A DNA stretch of 64,000 bases from Zygnema circumcarinatum SAG 698-1b (Eukaryota > Plantae > Zygnematophyceae): the NCBI GenBank assembly GCA_037447605.1, contig CM074811.1, positions 1,736,001-1,800,000 of the forward strand. The letters are read 5' to 3'. The notes under the pieces were generated by a model. That model was not told the DNA's origin. It saw only the letters and a program-made list of their open reading frames with translations, and did not search any database. The translations under genes were made by a program, and so were the position numbers. Below are positions 1 to 42,421 of this stretch, one piece after another (the stretch's first letter is position 1; the number at the start of each line of letters is the position of its first letter).

Positions 1-51
1 TTCCCTACGTTGATATGGTGCCCCGTCCTGCATGAGTGCATGTAAGTGCAG

Positions 52-3000
52 GAGAGTGCTATCCCTTCCCCCCATCATCAACGGCGCTCATTCAGCCATC
101 ACTCTGCAGACTCGCAATGTGCTCATCGAATGCACAGCCGTGGACCTCACAAAGGCGCACACTGTGCTCAACACCATGGTGAGCATGCCATGTTATCATC
201 TGAGCATCGACGAGGATAGTACTGGGCGATTACTGCTCTCGTCTGTTACCTTATCACGTATTTGGTGAACTTGAACAAAGCCTGCCATTCTCGAACTTCA
301 AAAGCTCTTCTTATTGAGATTGTTCTGATAAAGAACAACTTCTGAACTACTTAATGGTCATTAACGCCTACTCGTCCTCCATCCTTTCCACGCTTCACCC
401 ATGGAGCTTTTTGTGTCAACCTGGTTCAGCTTGTGGCAGTTCCGCCGGCGTAACCTTCCTTTCACTTTTGTGATCTTCGTCAGTGTGCATTCAGCTCTGA
501 GTTTATTCTTCGGACGGTTGTGCAGGTGACAATGTTCTCTGAATATTGCACTCAAAAGTTTGAGGTGGAGCCAGTCTTGGTCACGAATGCAGACCAATCA
601 ACGATGCTGACTCCGCAGCTCGCCCTGCGGCCGGTGGAAACCGATGCTGCATACATCAACTCGCGCGTTGGAATTTCACTGTCCGCCACAGAGGTGAGAT
701 GCGCCTGCTTGGAAGGTTCAATGCTAGACTCTCCTGCTATGAAGGAACATCCGAAAGGGATCATGACTAGGAGAAAGAGGCATCTTGACACACTGATGTG
801 GGGCCTGGAGTCTATTTTATGGTGCAAAGGTCATCCGAGTAGTGTTACATGGTTACACAGTAGCCTTCTCTGCATATGGGCTGACAGAGCGGAATCATAA
901 AGCCTCTAAATCTTCCAGACATAGTACAAGCCTCTGCACCGTCGCGTCTAATGAACTTCTCTACATTATTGTATCTTATCTCTGTATCCTTTGCATTTTA
1001 GTCATTTAATGCCCAACACCGCTGTTGAGTGGTGACCCCTCAATAGATGCACAAATAAGTTCTTTGAGGTAGGCACTCCCTTTATTTCTGCTTACACCAC
1101 TTCCTTCTCCCCATCTCCACCACCTCCACCACCTCCACCTTTTAGCGCCAGTTGGGCCCCACCAATCCTCCCTATTGGCGAGGCATATGCGTGCTGTAAC
1201 TGCACATTAGCGCAGCCACTCTCAGCCACACAGTGACTCTGCTGCCGCTGTAAGGTTCTCTGCAGATCGTGTCCCTCATCAACAGAATGCAGCTTCCTGC
1301 GGAGCTGGTCGGCCCTGAGGAAGGCGGCTGCATACGAGTGCTCGTGCCGCCCACTCGCAGCGACATTCTCCACCCCTGCGATATCATGGAGGTATGTGGA
1401 GGACCTCCTCCTGTAGATGTGTTCCCAGCATGGGAAGGCAGCTGGAAGGCCAGAGATGAGAAAGGTTCAAGAACGCAAAGTTGGAATAGGAAGAAAAACG
1501 TGATTTGGGATAATAAAGCTTAATAAGCAGGTTGATCTCTTATCTGGTAGAGAAGATAGGAGATATGTCCATTGGCGCCCATCTGCAGGATTGAGGTTGA
1601 AGAATGAAAAGCAACAACAGCTTGGGCGAAAGCATTGAGTGAAAGCCTTGACCTTTGCCTAAAGGAATGCATTCGAGGCGCATGTTTTAGCCCTTGTCAT
1701 GTTTCTCATGATCGTGGGCTCTTAGTCATACTTTGTTGAGGCGGAGGGAAATGGATGCAGGACGTAGCTATTGCTTACGGGTATAATAACATTAAGAAGA
1801 CGAGGCCGAAAGCATCCACGCAGGGTCGACAACAACCGCTCAACCACTTTTCTGACCTTCTGCGTGCAGAGGTGAGCTTAAGGCCCAACGGCATTCAAAA
1901 TATTATGTCTCTTGACTTCCTTTTGTGCATCCTTCGACTCCAGGTGAAGCCCAACAGGGCTCACCTCTGTATGGCAACATGGAACAAGTGACTTGTTGAC
2001 GTCAGTTTATGAAGTTTGCGCTTTCTGTTGATGCTGCCAGGTGGCGCAAGCAGGCTTCACCGAGGTTCTGACTTGGGTCCTCATCTCTTATGCGGAAAAC
2101 TTTGAGATGGTGAACCGCAAGGACGAGAAGAAGACTGCAGTGGTGATTGGGAATCCGAGATCTGCTGACTTTGAGGTGAGGCTTGCAGGCAGGCAGCGCT
2201 TATAAAATTGTGGCCGCACGTGCGATTGATACCTGACCTTTCATGAACATGGATGCCGGCAGTAGTGTGCTACTCTGTCGTAGGGACTCGAGCAGGAAAT
2301 GGGGAAATGGGGTAACATTCTTTGCTGGATCAAGCCACTCTAGTCGGCCAGTTTTGCAAAAGGGAGTATTTCCTAATCTGCCTACGCCAATATGAGGCAG
2401 GATGATTTTTTAGTAGAAAATTATTGACAAAGGCGAAGCCATGTCCCGCTAAATGAAGCTGGCGATGCTGACTGCAGGTGGCTCGGACCAGTCTTCTACC
2501 AGGAATGCTAAAGACAATGGGATATAATAAGAAGGTGCAGCGCCCGGTTAAGGTAATGAAGCAAATAGCACGAACTTGTTTGAGGTTGAATAAGTTGCAA
2601 GGAAGCTGGAAAATCTGCTGTGTCTATTGGAGTTACACGATTAGACCAGCTGCTTCTTTCACAACTAGGTAACAGATTTGCCGAGTCTGGTGGTCTGCTC
2701 TTGAGAGACCGCTTGAATGATTTTCTATATCTGTTCTTGCTCTGAGTGCGCATTGCCCCGTGATTGGCTGCAGCTGTTCGAGCTGTCCGATGTGGTCGTA
2801 TTGGACCCCTCAAGTGAAGTTGGAGCTACCAATCGTCGTCATCTCATGGCTCTCTACTGTGATGATCACTCAGGCTTTGAGGTGAGCTCGCTAACCTCCT
2901 CCTCCTGTTAGCGTGCGTTGACTGACATGCGAGGGAACTGAAAGTGGACAGAATTGAACGAAAGGACCTTTCTCTTCTCTGTAGCAATGGTAGCTATCTC

Positions 3001-3970
3001 TCTGAATCTCCAGAGTTCAGTCCCTTTCTGCCTTTGAACCTAATCTCTTTTTGTTCAGGCTGCAAAACATGCAGGCTGAAATTGTGAAGTTTGCCTAAGG
3101 GATTGCACCTCATCCCCTGAACCCATTTGTAAAAATTCGCAATGTAGCTGTGGAGTTAGGGACTAGAGTTGCCCTTGAATGACCGTCGGACATTCTTGCT
3201 GTAAGAAAGGGAAAGGAGTGTTTATGTATGGAGCTGGACTGCCAAATGCAGGTAATTCATGGATTGGTGGACCGCATCATGGAGGTAAATGGGCAACAGT
3301 TTGTGAAGGAGGGGGAGACGGATGGATACTACATCATCCCATCGGAGGTCCGTGCATCAATCAATTTCCACAGTTTAGAGTTTTAGAGTTTGATTCCTCT
3401 GTTTCTAGGTCTCCAAGCGCAGTTATTCATCATCCTTCTTTTAGTGCGTAGGATCAGCCCTGCACAACAAAATTGAGCAGAGTTCACACAAGGTAGACTC
3501 GTTCGTTGGAATGGGTAATAGAGAAGTGTGACTGTCCCCCCTCCCTCCCCCTGCAGTTTTCCTGCCCTTCGTGTGTATGTCATTGCGGCCGGTTCGTACA
3601 CAGCAACCACGGGCTCCTTTTTCAATGTTCCTTGCAGGCGCCTGAATTCTTCCGTGGGCGGCGAGCTGATGTCATCCTGAGGGGGAAATGCATTGGCACG
3701 TTCGGAGTCGTGGACCCGGAGGTATGGCCTCCCTCTGCTTGCTGCAAGGAGCCACTGAAGGGGCCATGCTCCCAAAGTGCTGTTCTTATCTTATCGCTCA
3801 CATCTGGCTATAAAGCCCGATGGCCTTCACGTCTGTGACTGTGTTTGAAGGGCCAACGGCTGTACGGGTGATCTATGCAGGTGCTGGCGCGGTTCGATAT
3901 TCCAGACCCTTGCAGTGCCATGGAGCTGAACATAGAACCGCTGTTACACTTGACTCCAGTCTCCCATTAA
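52..3970 (+). CDS. FARSB: Phenylalanine-tRNA ligase beta subunit (cytosolic), 5'-partial, 10 exons in window
   Basis: Spliced exons 52-178, 526-693, 1266-1391, 1761-1871, 2041-2175, 2478-2552, 2774-2881, 3252-3347, 3638-3721, 3881-3970, all GT-AG and frame-consistent. Peptides [77 protein letters not shown] are typical of eukaryotic PheRS-beta. TAA at 3968-3970. Confidence 0.96.
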
Positions 3971-5106
3971 ACCATGAAGTGGGCGTCTCGCCTTCATTGA
4001 TGGGCATTTCTCGTTGCTCGAGCCAAAAGTTTCTCAGGGGTCACAGCATGACGCCATACACGCCTCATGCCTTTTTTGCCATGCTCGCCATATAAAATCT
4101 TAAAGAGTTCTTCTGAGCCGACAGTGTTCGCCAATTTGCCTAATGTTGTGAGTCTTGAGCCTACTGGCGTCCACTCTTGCCGCTCTGCAAATCTTATTCA
4201 AATCTTACCAACATGGGAGGCTTCCCTCCGTCAAACTGATGTTTCAAGCTCGTTACTCGCTGTGCAAGCAGGCAATGCTCCGCCGGTCTCCACGTGCCAT
4301 TTGATGAATCTCTCACTGGAGCGCCATGCCAGTAGAACATGAAAAATAAGTTTGGATGGGCAAGAACTTCGCCATGGTTCATTAACTCAAAGCCTCATGA
4401 AGCAAATTCGTAGGCCTATTTGTTCCATGTCAAATATGATGGAACGTAGCAATCCCCGAGAGGGTCCGCTTAACACGGCAACGGCCATCGAGTCACCTGC
4501 CTCGAGTCATTGCCACCCCTACAGTCTCCATTTGATTTTTGGAAAACGAGAGGATTATTGATGTTGTAGAGCCACCCATTGGGTCTGCCCACCGATTGTA
4601 GCGTGCATTCAAGGTTGGAATCTTGATCCTTTAGAACCGTAAGACCTGACACCTCACCTTCAATTATGAGTTTGTGACGAATATGCTTATACTCGCAGTG
4701 CCGTGAACTCAAACAGATGAGCCTTCTTACAAGATGGAAAACATCCAATTGATTCAGTGAACGGTGAACACTGAGCTACAAAACCGGAAAGACCTTATCT
4801 GCACGAGTGAGGCACAATACCCACCAATCGACACTATCAAGCGGTCAACCCATCGGTCAACTCGTCCTTCGAGAAACGTTTGCAGTGCAATCGACTGCAA
4901 CCATCATTGCCGCATTTCTTTTTTTTTTCTCTCAAGAGTCCTTCGACAGCCATGATTCTAAAAATATCTGTTAGGTCAAAACAGGGAAGGCGAAAGAAGG
5001 GAAAAGCACTTCTGCTATTTCAAAAGAATCAAAAAATTTCGCACCCAAACATTCGCCAGAACCTTCTCAAAAGTGGCTCCTTCCTGAGGACGGAGTTGCC
5101 CTGAAA

Positions 5107-34260
<29,154 letters not shown>

Positions 34261-34296
34261 GGCGGCAAGCTGCTTTACGGAGCGCAGCAGCGCCTA

Positions 34297-34672
<376 letters not shown>

Positions 34673-35182
34673 TAAGGCCCTTCCTCGTCCTCTGTTGAGA
34701 AGCAAATTGAAGTTGAAGCATTTGTATGGGACTTGGGTGAAAAATTGTTCATAGAATTCTTCAACGCAGTCATGTGGAAGTGTAAATTCAACTCAATAGC
34801 AAGAAAAAGGCAGGTTCTAGGCAGGCATTCTCTTTATTTTTCTTTAGAATTAAGTGTGCTTGTAGGGTGTGGAAGACATAAACAAGTTCAGAATGGGAAA
34901 ATGATGTGGCATTGATCTCACGATAGCGACGCCATCAAATGTACACGGACAAAATCGACATGGGGAACCACGAGGAACTGGTCGCGAAGGACCTAAGAAC
35001 AATAGGAAAAAGCTATGAGTGGAAATCTACTTCTATTTCAGAATCAGTTCACAATCGCCTTTGAGTACAGTTCGCAATGAACATGATCAAAATTACAGGG
35101 ACTGCAAAGTAACGAGAAAGGATTACGCAGAAAACAGTCGTTATGAGAATGAACTAAGTGTTCTCACTACTACTGAAGGAGT

Positions 35183-36503
35183 TCACGCCAATACCGTGCT
35201 TATTCCTTTGGGCATTTTCCCCAGCATCATCTGCTTCACAGGACATTTGTCTGCAACACCGAACTAGAAAAAGACACGTGAGCGAGTACACAATAGGCCT
35301 GAGTAAAAGGACCAAAAACAAATTTACAGTTGAGACTTGATAGCAAACAATCGCCACAACTAAATTCGAACTAATGAACGACAATAGCAACAAGTTAAGC
35401 AATCTCAAGACAGTTCACAATATCTGAACTAGAAAAGGCAATATGATGCGAACCAGCAATCTGAAGGAGGCGAGATTTCTGCTCCTCGCTGAGTTGACCC
35501 TCCAGGTGGAGTTCAAGAACTAGACCTTCCGAAATGTGGCCGGCTGCTTCCCCCTTTCCAATCACAGTCAGCATCAGTCTGAAAATGGAAACTTGAGCAA
35601 TGACAAGGGTGTCGATCTCTACAGGCAGCAAAGCGAAGGCAAAAGGCTATCAGCTAAGCTATAAAGATAAATGGAAACAGGAAGCTCCTAAATGAAACAG
35701 AGATGATGTTTATAACATTAAAGACAAAAAAACGAAAAGCATGGGAGCATGTCATGCAAGTTAATGAAGGGGATAAAACTTAGGACCTTGCACGCTGGAA
35801 AGAGAGACTGCAAAGAGAGACATTGAGATAGAGAGGGAGAGAGTGGGGAAACGTCCTGATGAATTTGTTTAGAAGGGTGGATAGGGGGGGGGAAGAGGAA
35901 AAAGTGACAACTAGGAAACGTAAAAGTGATGGCAGACCCTACAAGACATACGGAAAGGAGATCGGACAGAAGAGACGAGTTCAGGTCAGGTCAAACCACC
36001 TAACAATGATAGAAGAATTGGGAGTGCACTCACGGGTTCTATGGCTGCACTCCTTCACTTCCACTCGCACATGCGTGAGAGGCCATTCCTTCCGATCTGC
36101 ATACTGTTTATCCCTTCGGACCTTTTAAGGGCCCAATCTGAAGTCTGCTGGGGTCATTAACTGTTCAATCATCATGCTCCTTCCTTCTGAAAGATTCAAA
36201 ACCATAACCATAGGTCCATTTAGTTCGACAAGGTATAAGGGCAATGCAGCACAGTTAAGTAGTACCGCCTTTTTAACAGTAACTTGCGAATAGGAGTATG
36301 CTATACAAAATGCTTGAATGGACTACGAAAGAATTATTTTTAACTATTAGCATCTTTCTAAATCCACAGAGCACTAAGCAGACTTTTGTTCTTCAAGGAC
36401 TTAGCAGCTGAATATAGTTCAAAAAGGGGCAGAAAGGCGACCCACCAATCGAAGAGTCATCGAAGTACAGAGACCGACTGCCGCAAGAGCGAGTTCTTTG
36501 GGC
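35183..36503 (-). CDS. OsmC/Ohr-family (YhfA-like) dithiol peroxidase-like protein, 5'-partial, 4 exons visible
   Basis: Exons 36446-36503, 36034-36103, 35454-35543, 35183-35250 (GT-AG, phases match) translate to PKELALAAVGLCTSMTLRL-YADRKEWPLTHVRVEVKECSHRT-PGHISEGLVLELHLEGQLSEEQKSRLLQIA-DKCPVKQMMLGKMPKGISTVLA*. This matches the OsmC-like pattern P.ELL.AALG.CT.MTL.MYA.RK.WPL ... LEG.L.EEQ..RLL.IADKCPV with both conserved Cys. The acceptor at 35543 is the best of several candidates. Confidence 0.85.
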
Positions 36504-36760
36504 CTGCAAGCGCACCCAATAATACCAAACACAGCTAGGATGACAGACAAAGCAACGAGAGGTTTCAGAAAATGCTAAAAAAACATCAAAAGTTCCAAAC
36601 GATGAAGGCTCGACCAGGAATCGATAACAAACTCTTCCAAACACTTCAGGTCAATGAAACAGCTCAAAAGAAAACCTTGAATGAGTAACCTTTTCATCAC
36701 AAGACCTGACCACTGATACCCAAATAAAACATACAAGAGCATGAGAAATTAGAGGCTTTT

Positions 36761-36860
36761 NNNNNNNNNNNNNNNNNNNNNNNNNNNNNNNNNNNNNNNN
36801 NNNNNNNNNNNNNNNNNNNNNNNNNNNNNNNNNNNNNNNNNNNNNNNNNNNNNNNNNNNN
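36761..36860. other. Assembly gap (100 N, size probably unknown)
   Basis: Run of exactly 100 N, flanked by a (TCCA)n repeat at 36861-36885. Confidence 0.99.
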
Positions 36861-37374
36861 GCATCCATCCATCCATCCATCCCTCCGTCGCACATGGAAA
36901 GCCATATCTTCAAAAATCCAAAGCTCGAACTAATGACGGAACTGCGCCTTTCAAGGGGGCATGCACAAGGGGAACGGAATGCCATAAAGACGATACTCGC
37001 CGTTGGATCGAAGAACGCATCCAACGGTCCTGATTTGAAGCAGGTCCGCCGCCGCCTCCCGCCGGAAAGCTCGGACTGACGCCTTCCAACGGGCAGCGAC
37101 TCGTGGTTCGTGATGACGTCATGTATTTGTCACTGAAAGCCGTGTACTTGTCCGTATGTGGAGTACAATTGTACTTCCAACCGTACATACCATGCCCATG
37201 CCCATGCCCATGCCATCGCATGCCATGCCATTGCCATGCCCGTTCTCTCACTCCGGCAGTGGTAGTGCTCTTTCGCGCTACGACTAGAGGCGGGGTTTGG
37301 AGCTTCACGTTGCAAGAGCTGTCAAAGGCTGGTTGAGGGAGAAGCAGGCGTGGGAGCGAGGAGAAGGAGGAGGG
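36861..37374. promoter_or_regulatory. Putative bidirectional promoter between the OsmC-like gene (-) and ABCF4 (+)
   Basis: Divergent genes. Contains three TCCAACGG (MSA-like) cores at 37000-37095, four GTAC cores at ~37145-37186 and a (CCATGC)n run at ~37190-37240. Confidence 0.55.
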
Positions 37375-40300
37375 ATGGTGAGGCCTAAGGAGAAGGCAAG
37401 TGCGGCGACGGGAGGGAAGAAGGAGTCCAAAAAAGTGACATCTGTCAGTCAGATATCACTGGAGGAGCCGAAGGCGAAAGCCCCCCCAAGGCAAGTAAAA
37501 GGTAAAGGCAAGACGCCGGCGAATGATTATTTGGCAGGGGTAGACTTGCCGCCCTCGGATGATGAAGAACCGGAGGTGCTGAACTTCAGAAGTGATGAGG
37601 AGAGCGATGATGACGATGATGAGGATGAGAGAAGGGGAGGCAGAGGGAGGGGGAGCGGAGTGGTGCATGCGGTGAGTTTCCAGGTTACGGACCGGGAGCT
37701 GAGGAAAAGGGAGAAGAAGGAGCAGTTACTTGCTCAAGTTCAGGAGCAGGCGAAACAGGAAGCCTTGAAGGAGGATGATGATTCTGCTTTTTCAGTTACT
37801 CTGGGGGCGAAGTCGGCTGTTCTGGACGGAGAGGAGGGCGTGGATGATAAAGCGAAGGACGTTAAGGTAGAAATTTTTTCGGTTTCTGCACGCGGTAAGG
37901 AACTGTTCAGGAACGCTTCTATAACTATTGTGCATGGCAGGCGCTATGGCTTGGTAGGTCCTAACGGGAAGGGCAAATCGACACTGTTAAAGCTTATGGC
38001 TAAGCGGCAGTTACCAGTTCCGAAAAACATCGACGTACTACTTGTGGAGCAAGAGGTGGTAGGAGACAGTAGATCGGCTCTCGAGGCAGTCGTCTCAGCT
38101 GACAAAGAGCTGATGGAGCTCAGAGCTGAAGAAGCGAGGCTTAGGGCTATAGCTGAGCAAGAGGGAGAGGAAGAAGTGAGTACGGTAGAGTCAACCAAGG
38201 CGGGGGCAGAGGCTGGAATAGAGGAGGACAAGGACGCGAATGAGAATGAAGACGAATTGGAGGATATGGAACATGATGATGATGACGATGTGGATGAGCG
38301 ACCTGTTTCCAGAAAAGGAGCTGCAAAAAAGTTACACGGAAAAGACAAGCAGCATGTTAAGGGAAAGGGGAAGGGAATGAAGCCAAAGCATAAAGGTGGT
38401 GCTAAGGACGAAGTTGTTGAGTCTGCTCGAGGTGAGGAGGATTCCTTAACAGCTGGCGAGCAGCTTGCAGAGGTTTATGAACGTATGCGGATTATCGGTG
38501 CTGAAGCTGCGGAAGCACGAGCATCGAAGATTCTGGCGGGGTTAGGTTTCACAAAGGACATGCAGGTACTGGGGTATCCAGGATCTCAAAATTTCTTTCC
38601 ACTTGCGAAAGGAACGCCAAATCTTGACCTTTTATTGTACTAGACTCCAACAGTTTTTGAACGGCTTGCGTGTTTTTATAATGCACAGTGGAGTATGCTA
38701 TATGGCATCTGCTCGAGAGCTCTCCTTTTGTAATCAGCACTTACAATTAGACTTGTTTTGACAGGCGATTTCACAGTCTCATGAAGCCAGTTTCATACCC
38801 TGAGAAACCCTCTTCGTGTGCAGGGCCGGGCAACAAAGTCGTTTAGCGGAGGCTGGAGAATGCGAATTTCACTTGCTCGAGCTCTTTACGTGCAACCGAC
38901 GCTCCTGTTGCTTGACGAACCCACAAACCATTTAGACCTCCGTGCAGTCATTTGGTTGGAAGAGTATCTGATGCGGTGGAAGAAGACTCTGATTGTCGTG
39001 TCGCATGATCGTGATTTTTTGAACTCTGTTTCCACGGACATCATACATCTACATGATGAAAAGCTCTTGTTCTACAAGGTCAGTTCTTCTTGTCTTTGCC
39101 CGTACAGCCCCTTATGATCATTTTGGAAAAAAATAATAAGCAGGCGCTGCGCCTTGCAACCTCAGCAGGGCTTTGACCGACAGAAGGGAATAGACAACGT
39201 TGGTCAATGAAAGATTTAGAGATGGGCGAAAGAGAACGGAACACCTCTCCGTTATGAAGAATTCCAAGTGTGATATTTTAGAAACTTAACGTAGTGCTGA
39301 AGGAAACCCTACTTTTTTTCCGCTCCCGCCCTCCCTTTTCTGCCTCTCTCTGTCTTTTCCTCCTTGCAATCTATTTACCCCTTAAAAAAGCATGTGGCAA
39401 CTCAGTTCATGGAACACCTGAATTTTATAAAATGAACTCAACAATAATGCATGTTCACTTCCACTGTCCTGATTTAGATCTCAAGGTAGTCACTTTTTTT
39501 TTCATATGTTTATGTGACTAATGGCAAGTAACTTTGTTTGTTTTAACTTTGTTTTTGGTTCTCATCTTCTTTAGCAATTCGCATTTGCCCAGTGATCCTA
39601 TCCATTCCGATTGACCATTTACAGTATGTCTCATAGCTTCAGCACCGGGCAATTCCTGAAAAGCAAGTTGTTGTGGTGTAGGCTCTGTGAGAACCTCTTA
39701 CTTCCTGAGCAGGATTCAGACATTTTTAAAACATTGGTACGTTTATTTGGATCTGCAGGGCAATTTTGAGGCCTTTGAATCAATGTATGAACAGAAGCGG
39801 CGCGAGAACAATAAGAAATTCGAAACATTTGAGAAGCAGCTCAGGTTAGCCAAGCGGACTGGGAACAAAGCCACGCAGGACAAGGTAAAATTTCCTTGTT
39901 GGATCAGACCAATTTTTCTGAACTATGTCGGAGCTTGTGTTTTCAGCTCAGGCATTATCATTTGGAGTGGATGCGGATGTGCGAATTGGTGAAGTTTGCT
40001 AAGTTCGCCTGGTATGTGAGCAGGTGAAAGACAAAGCAAAAATGGCTTCTCAGAAGGAGGCGAAGAAAGGCAGGAAAGGGGGGCAGGCAGCACAAGAAGA
40101 CGAGGATGCGCCGGCTGAAGCGCCCCGGAGGTGGCGGGACTACTCTGTCGAATTCCACTTCCCGGAGCCGACAGAACTTACACCTCCCCTTCTGCAGCTC
40201 AAGGATGTAGAATTCGGATATCCAGGAAGGGAGGATTTTTCTTTGAAAAGAATCGATGTCGGTGTGGACATGGGGACGAGGGTGGCCATAGTTGGACCCA

Positions 40301-41033
40301 ATGGGGCAGGGAAGTCAACTCTGCTAAATCTTTTAGCCGGAGATTTACAGCCCACCAAGGGGGAGTCTCGGCAAAGTCAGAAACTCCGAATTGGAAGATA
40401 TTCGCAGCACTTTGTGGATCTTCTGCAGTTTGACGAAACGCCTGTGCAGTACCTGCTGCGGCTCTACCCTGACCAGGAGGGTCCCAGCAAGCAGGAGGCG
40501 GTGAGGGCCAAACTGGGGAAGTTTGGGCTGCCCAGCCACAACCATCTTACCCCCATTGTAAAACTCTCAGGAGGACAGAAATCTCGGGTGGTGTTCACAT
40601 CCATTTCAATGAAGAGGCCACACATTCTGCTACTGGACGAGCCAACAAATCACCTTGACATGCAGGTAATGTCGCCGTAGTTTGCGGGACGTGCCTCTCG
40701 AGCAGGCATGTGCTGAATTTGTCTTAAGTTGTTGTCAATCTGAAGGATGCGGCTTGCCCTTCTGAACATGTCAAGGAGTTAGAGCTCACACTTTTTTTTT
40801 ATGACTTTTTGCTGCAGAGTATTGATGCGCTAGCAGATGCCCTTGACGAGTTTACCGGCGGAGTGGTGCTGGTGAGCCATGATTCACGCCTTATCTCCCG
40901 AGTTTGTGAAGACGAGGAACGTAGTGAAATTTGGGTGGTGGAGGATGGGACTTGCAAAAAGTATCCAGGCAGTTTTGAGGAATACAAAGAGGAGCTCATA
41001 AAGGAGATTGTTGCGGAAGTGGAGGAAGATTAG
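37375..41033 (+). CDS. ABCF4: ABC transporter F family member 4-like (ABCF1-type soluble translation ATPase), 5 exons, ~809 aa
   Basis: Exons 37375-38565, 38824-39078, 39759-39884, 40024-40665, 40818-41033. Two NBDs with Walker [10 protein letters not shown] and GPNGAGKST, signatures FSGGW and LSGGQ, Walker [13 protein letters not shown]. No TM domains. The N-terminal DLPPSDDE and linker [23 protein letters not shown] match plant ABCF4. Confidence 0.95.
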
Positions 41034-42421
41034 CTGTGTAGGTAGAGTGTAGTTTCTAAAGCGGAGGAGTCGAGGCTCGTTTTGTTCATTGTAACACAGA
41101 GTCATATTTTATAGGCTCCTCTCGGGCACTGCAGCGTCCATCCATGTATTTGTGTTCCCGGTAACGGCGTAGCATGGCCCATTTGTTACTTCATTGTTGA
41201 AATTAAGCAGTGCAAGTAATGTAGGGAAGTCACAAAAACGTTACTTATTAACGGTAGGCTCGTGCAAGTTCCTCGATCAATAGAAAAGAGAATGGGAACA
41301 GGAATGGCGTGCCGTTGCTGCGTGCGCGTAGAGCTACCGTAGTTCGTAGGCGAAATTCCGATGTGGTTCACGCCTTCAGATGTCCTTCCATGTTGACATG
41401 GGCTCATAGCGGCATGGCCATCCCTTGCGCATCCATTCGCTCAACAGTCGAAAAGCTGCAGATTGTGGCGCGAACACATGTAGATAGTACGTTGCACGCT
41501 GCAGTGCATGTACTCATGGATTGGCCGGAGAGCAGCATCGGTACCACAACGGGGAACGGTGGCGTGGATCTCACAATGGCCACGCTTCATATGTACATAT
41601 GAGAGACCCCCATGAAGAACCAACATGAAAAGTTAACAAATGACCTTAAGGTCAAAAAGAATCTTTGAGCAGGCTGCTTCTACTAAGCTTGACAGGGCGA
41701 CTCTATTAGCAGCCAATGTTGTTGGGAAATCGCCAGTGTTGGGCACATCGAGCCGAGGGTGGAAGCCCACCATTCAAATTCAGCATTCACATTAGTAACA
41801 GGATACCTCCTTCAAACGAGCACACGAGTAATGCATAAAATGCCTGTCTGTGGTCAACTGGTGAATCAGTTTGAATCTATGGATTGAGCGGCGTACAGTA
41901 GAGCTGTCTTGGTGCATTGTGAGAACTACAACCTGCTGAGCCAAGGTACAATATTTTGGGTCTGCTGCCCCGGCGTGGCTTTGAAGAGAGGGGACGGAGA
42001 CCAATGGTTGGACCCTTTATTCACCGCAATAGCGATGCGAATCACATCTCGGCTGCCATTCTCTTCACAACCCTTCCAAGAGTAGGAGAGCCCTATACTC
42101 GGACAGAGCAGTCCTAACCTTAACTATATCAAGAAGGAGATACTTTAAATGACCTCCGCTAATATCAAACATACAGCCGCACAGAAAAGCAGCTGTTTAT
42201 GAACTCAACTCTCAAACAAGAAATCTCGTCATATAACAAATATACAAATGAACCCGCCTTCCACTTGCTTGAAAGTGGCCTGGTAGGAAAAAACCTAACT
42301 CTCTGAAAACTTACCCATACCTACAAGACAATGGATGAAGAGCTTGAAGCCCCTGTACAAGAGGAAACTCTCCCGAGCTTCCAATGATTGAAAGGAACTG
42401 CATGGGAGTCTGAAAATATGT

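Noticed and set aside
4843-4862. Two GGTCAA W-box-like motifs
   Set aside because: Only two copies, between convergent 3' ends; compatible with chance.
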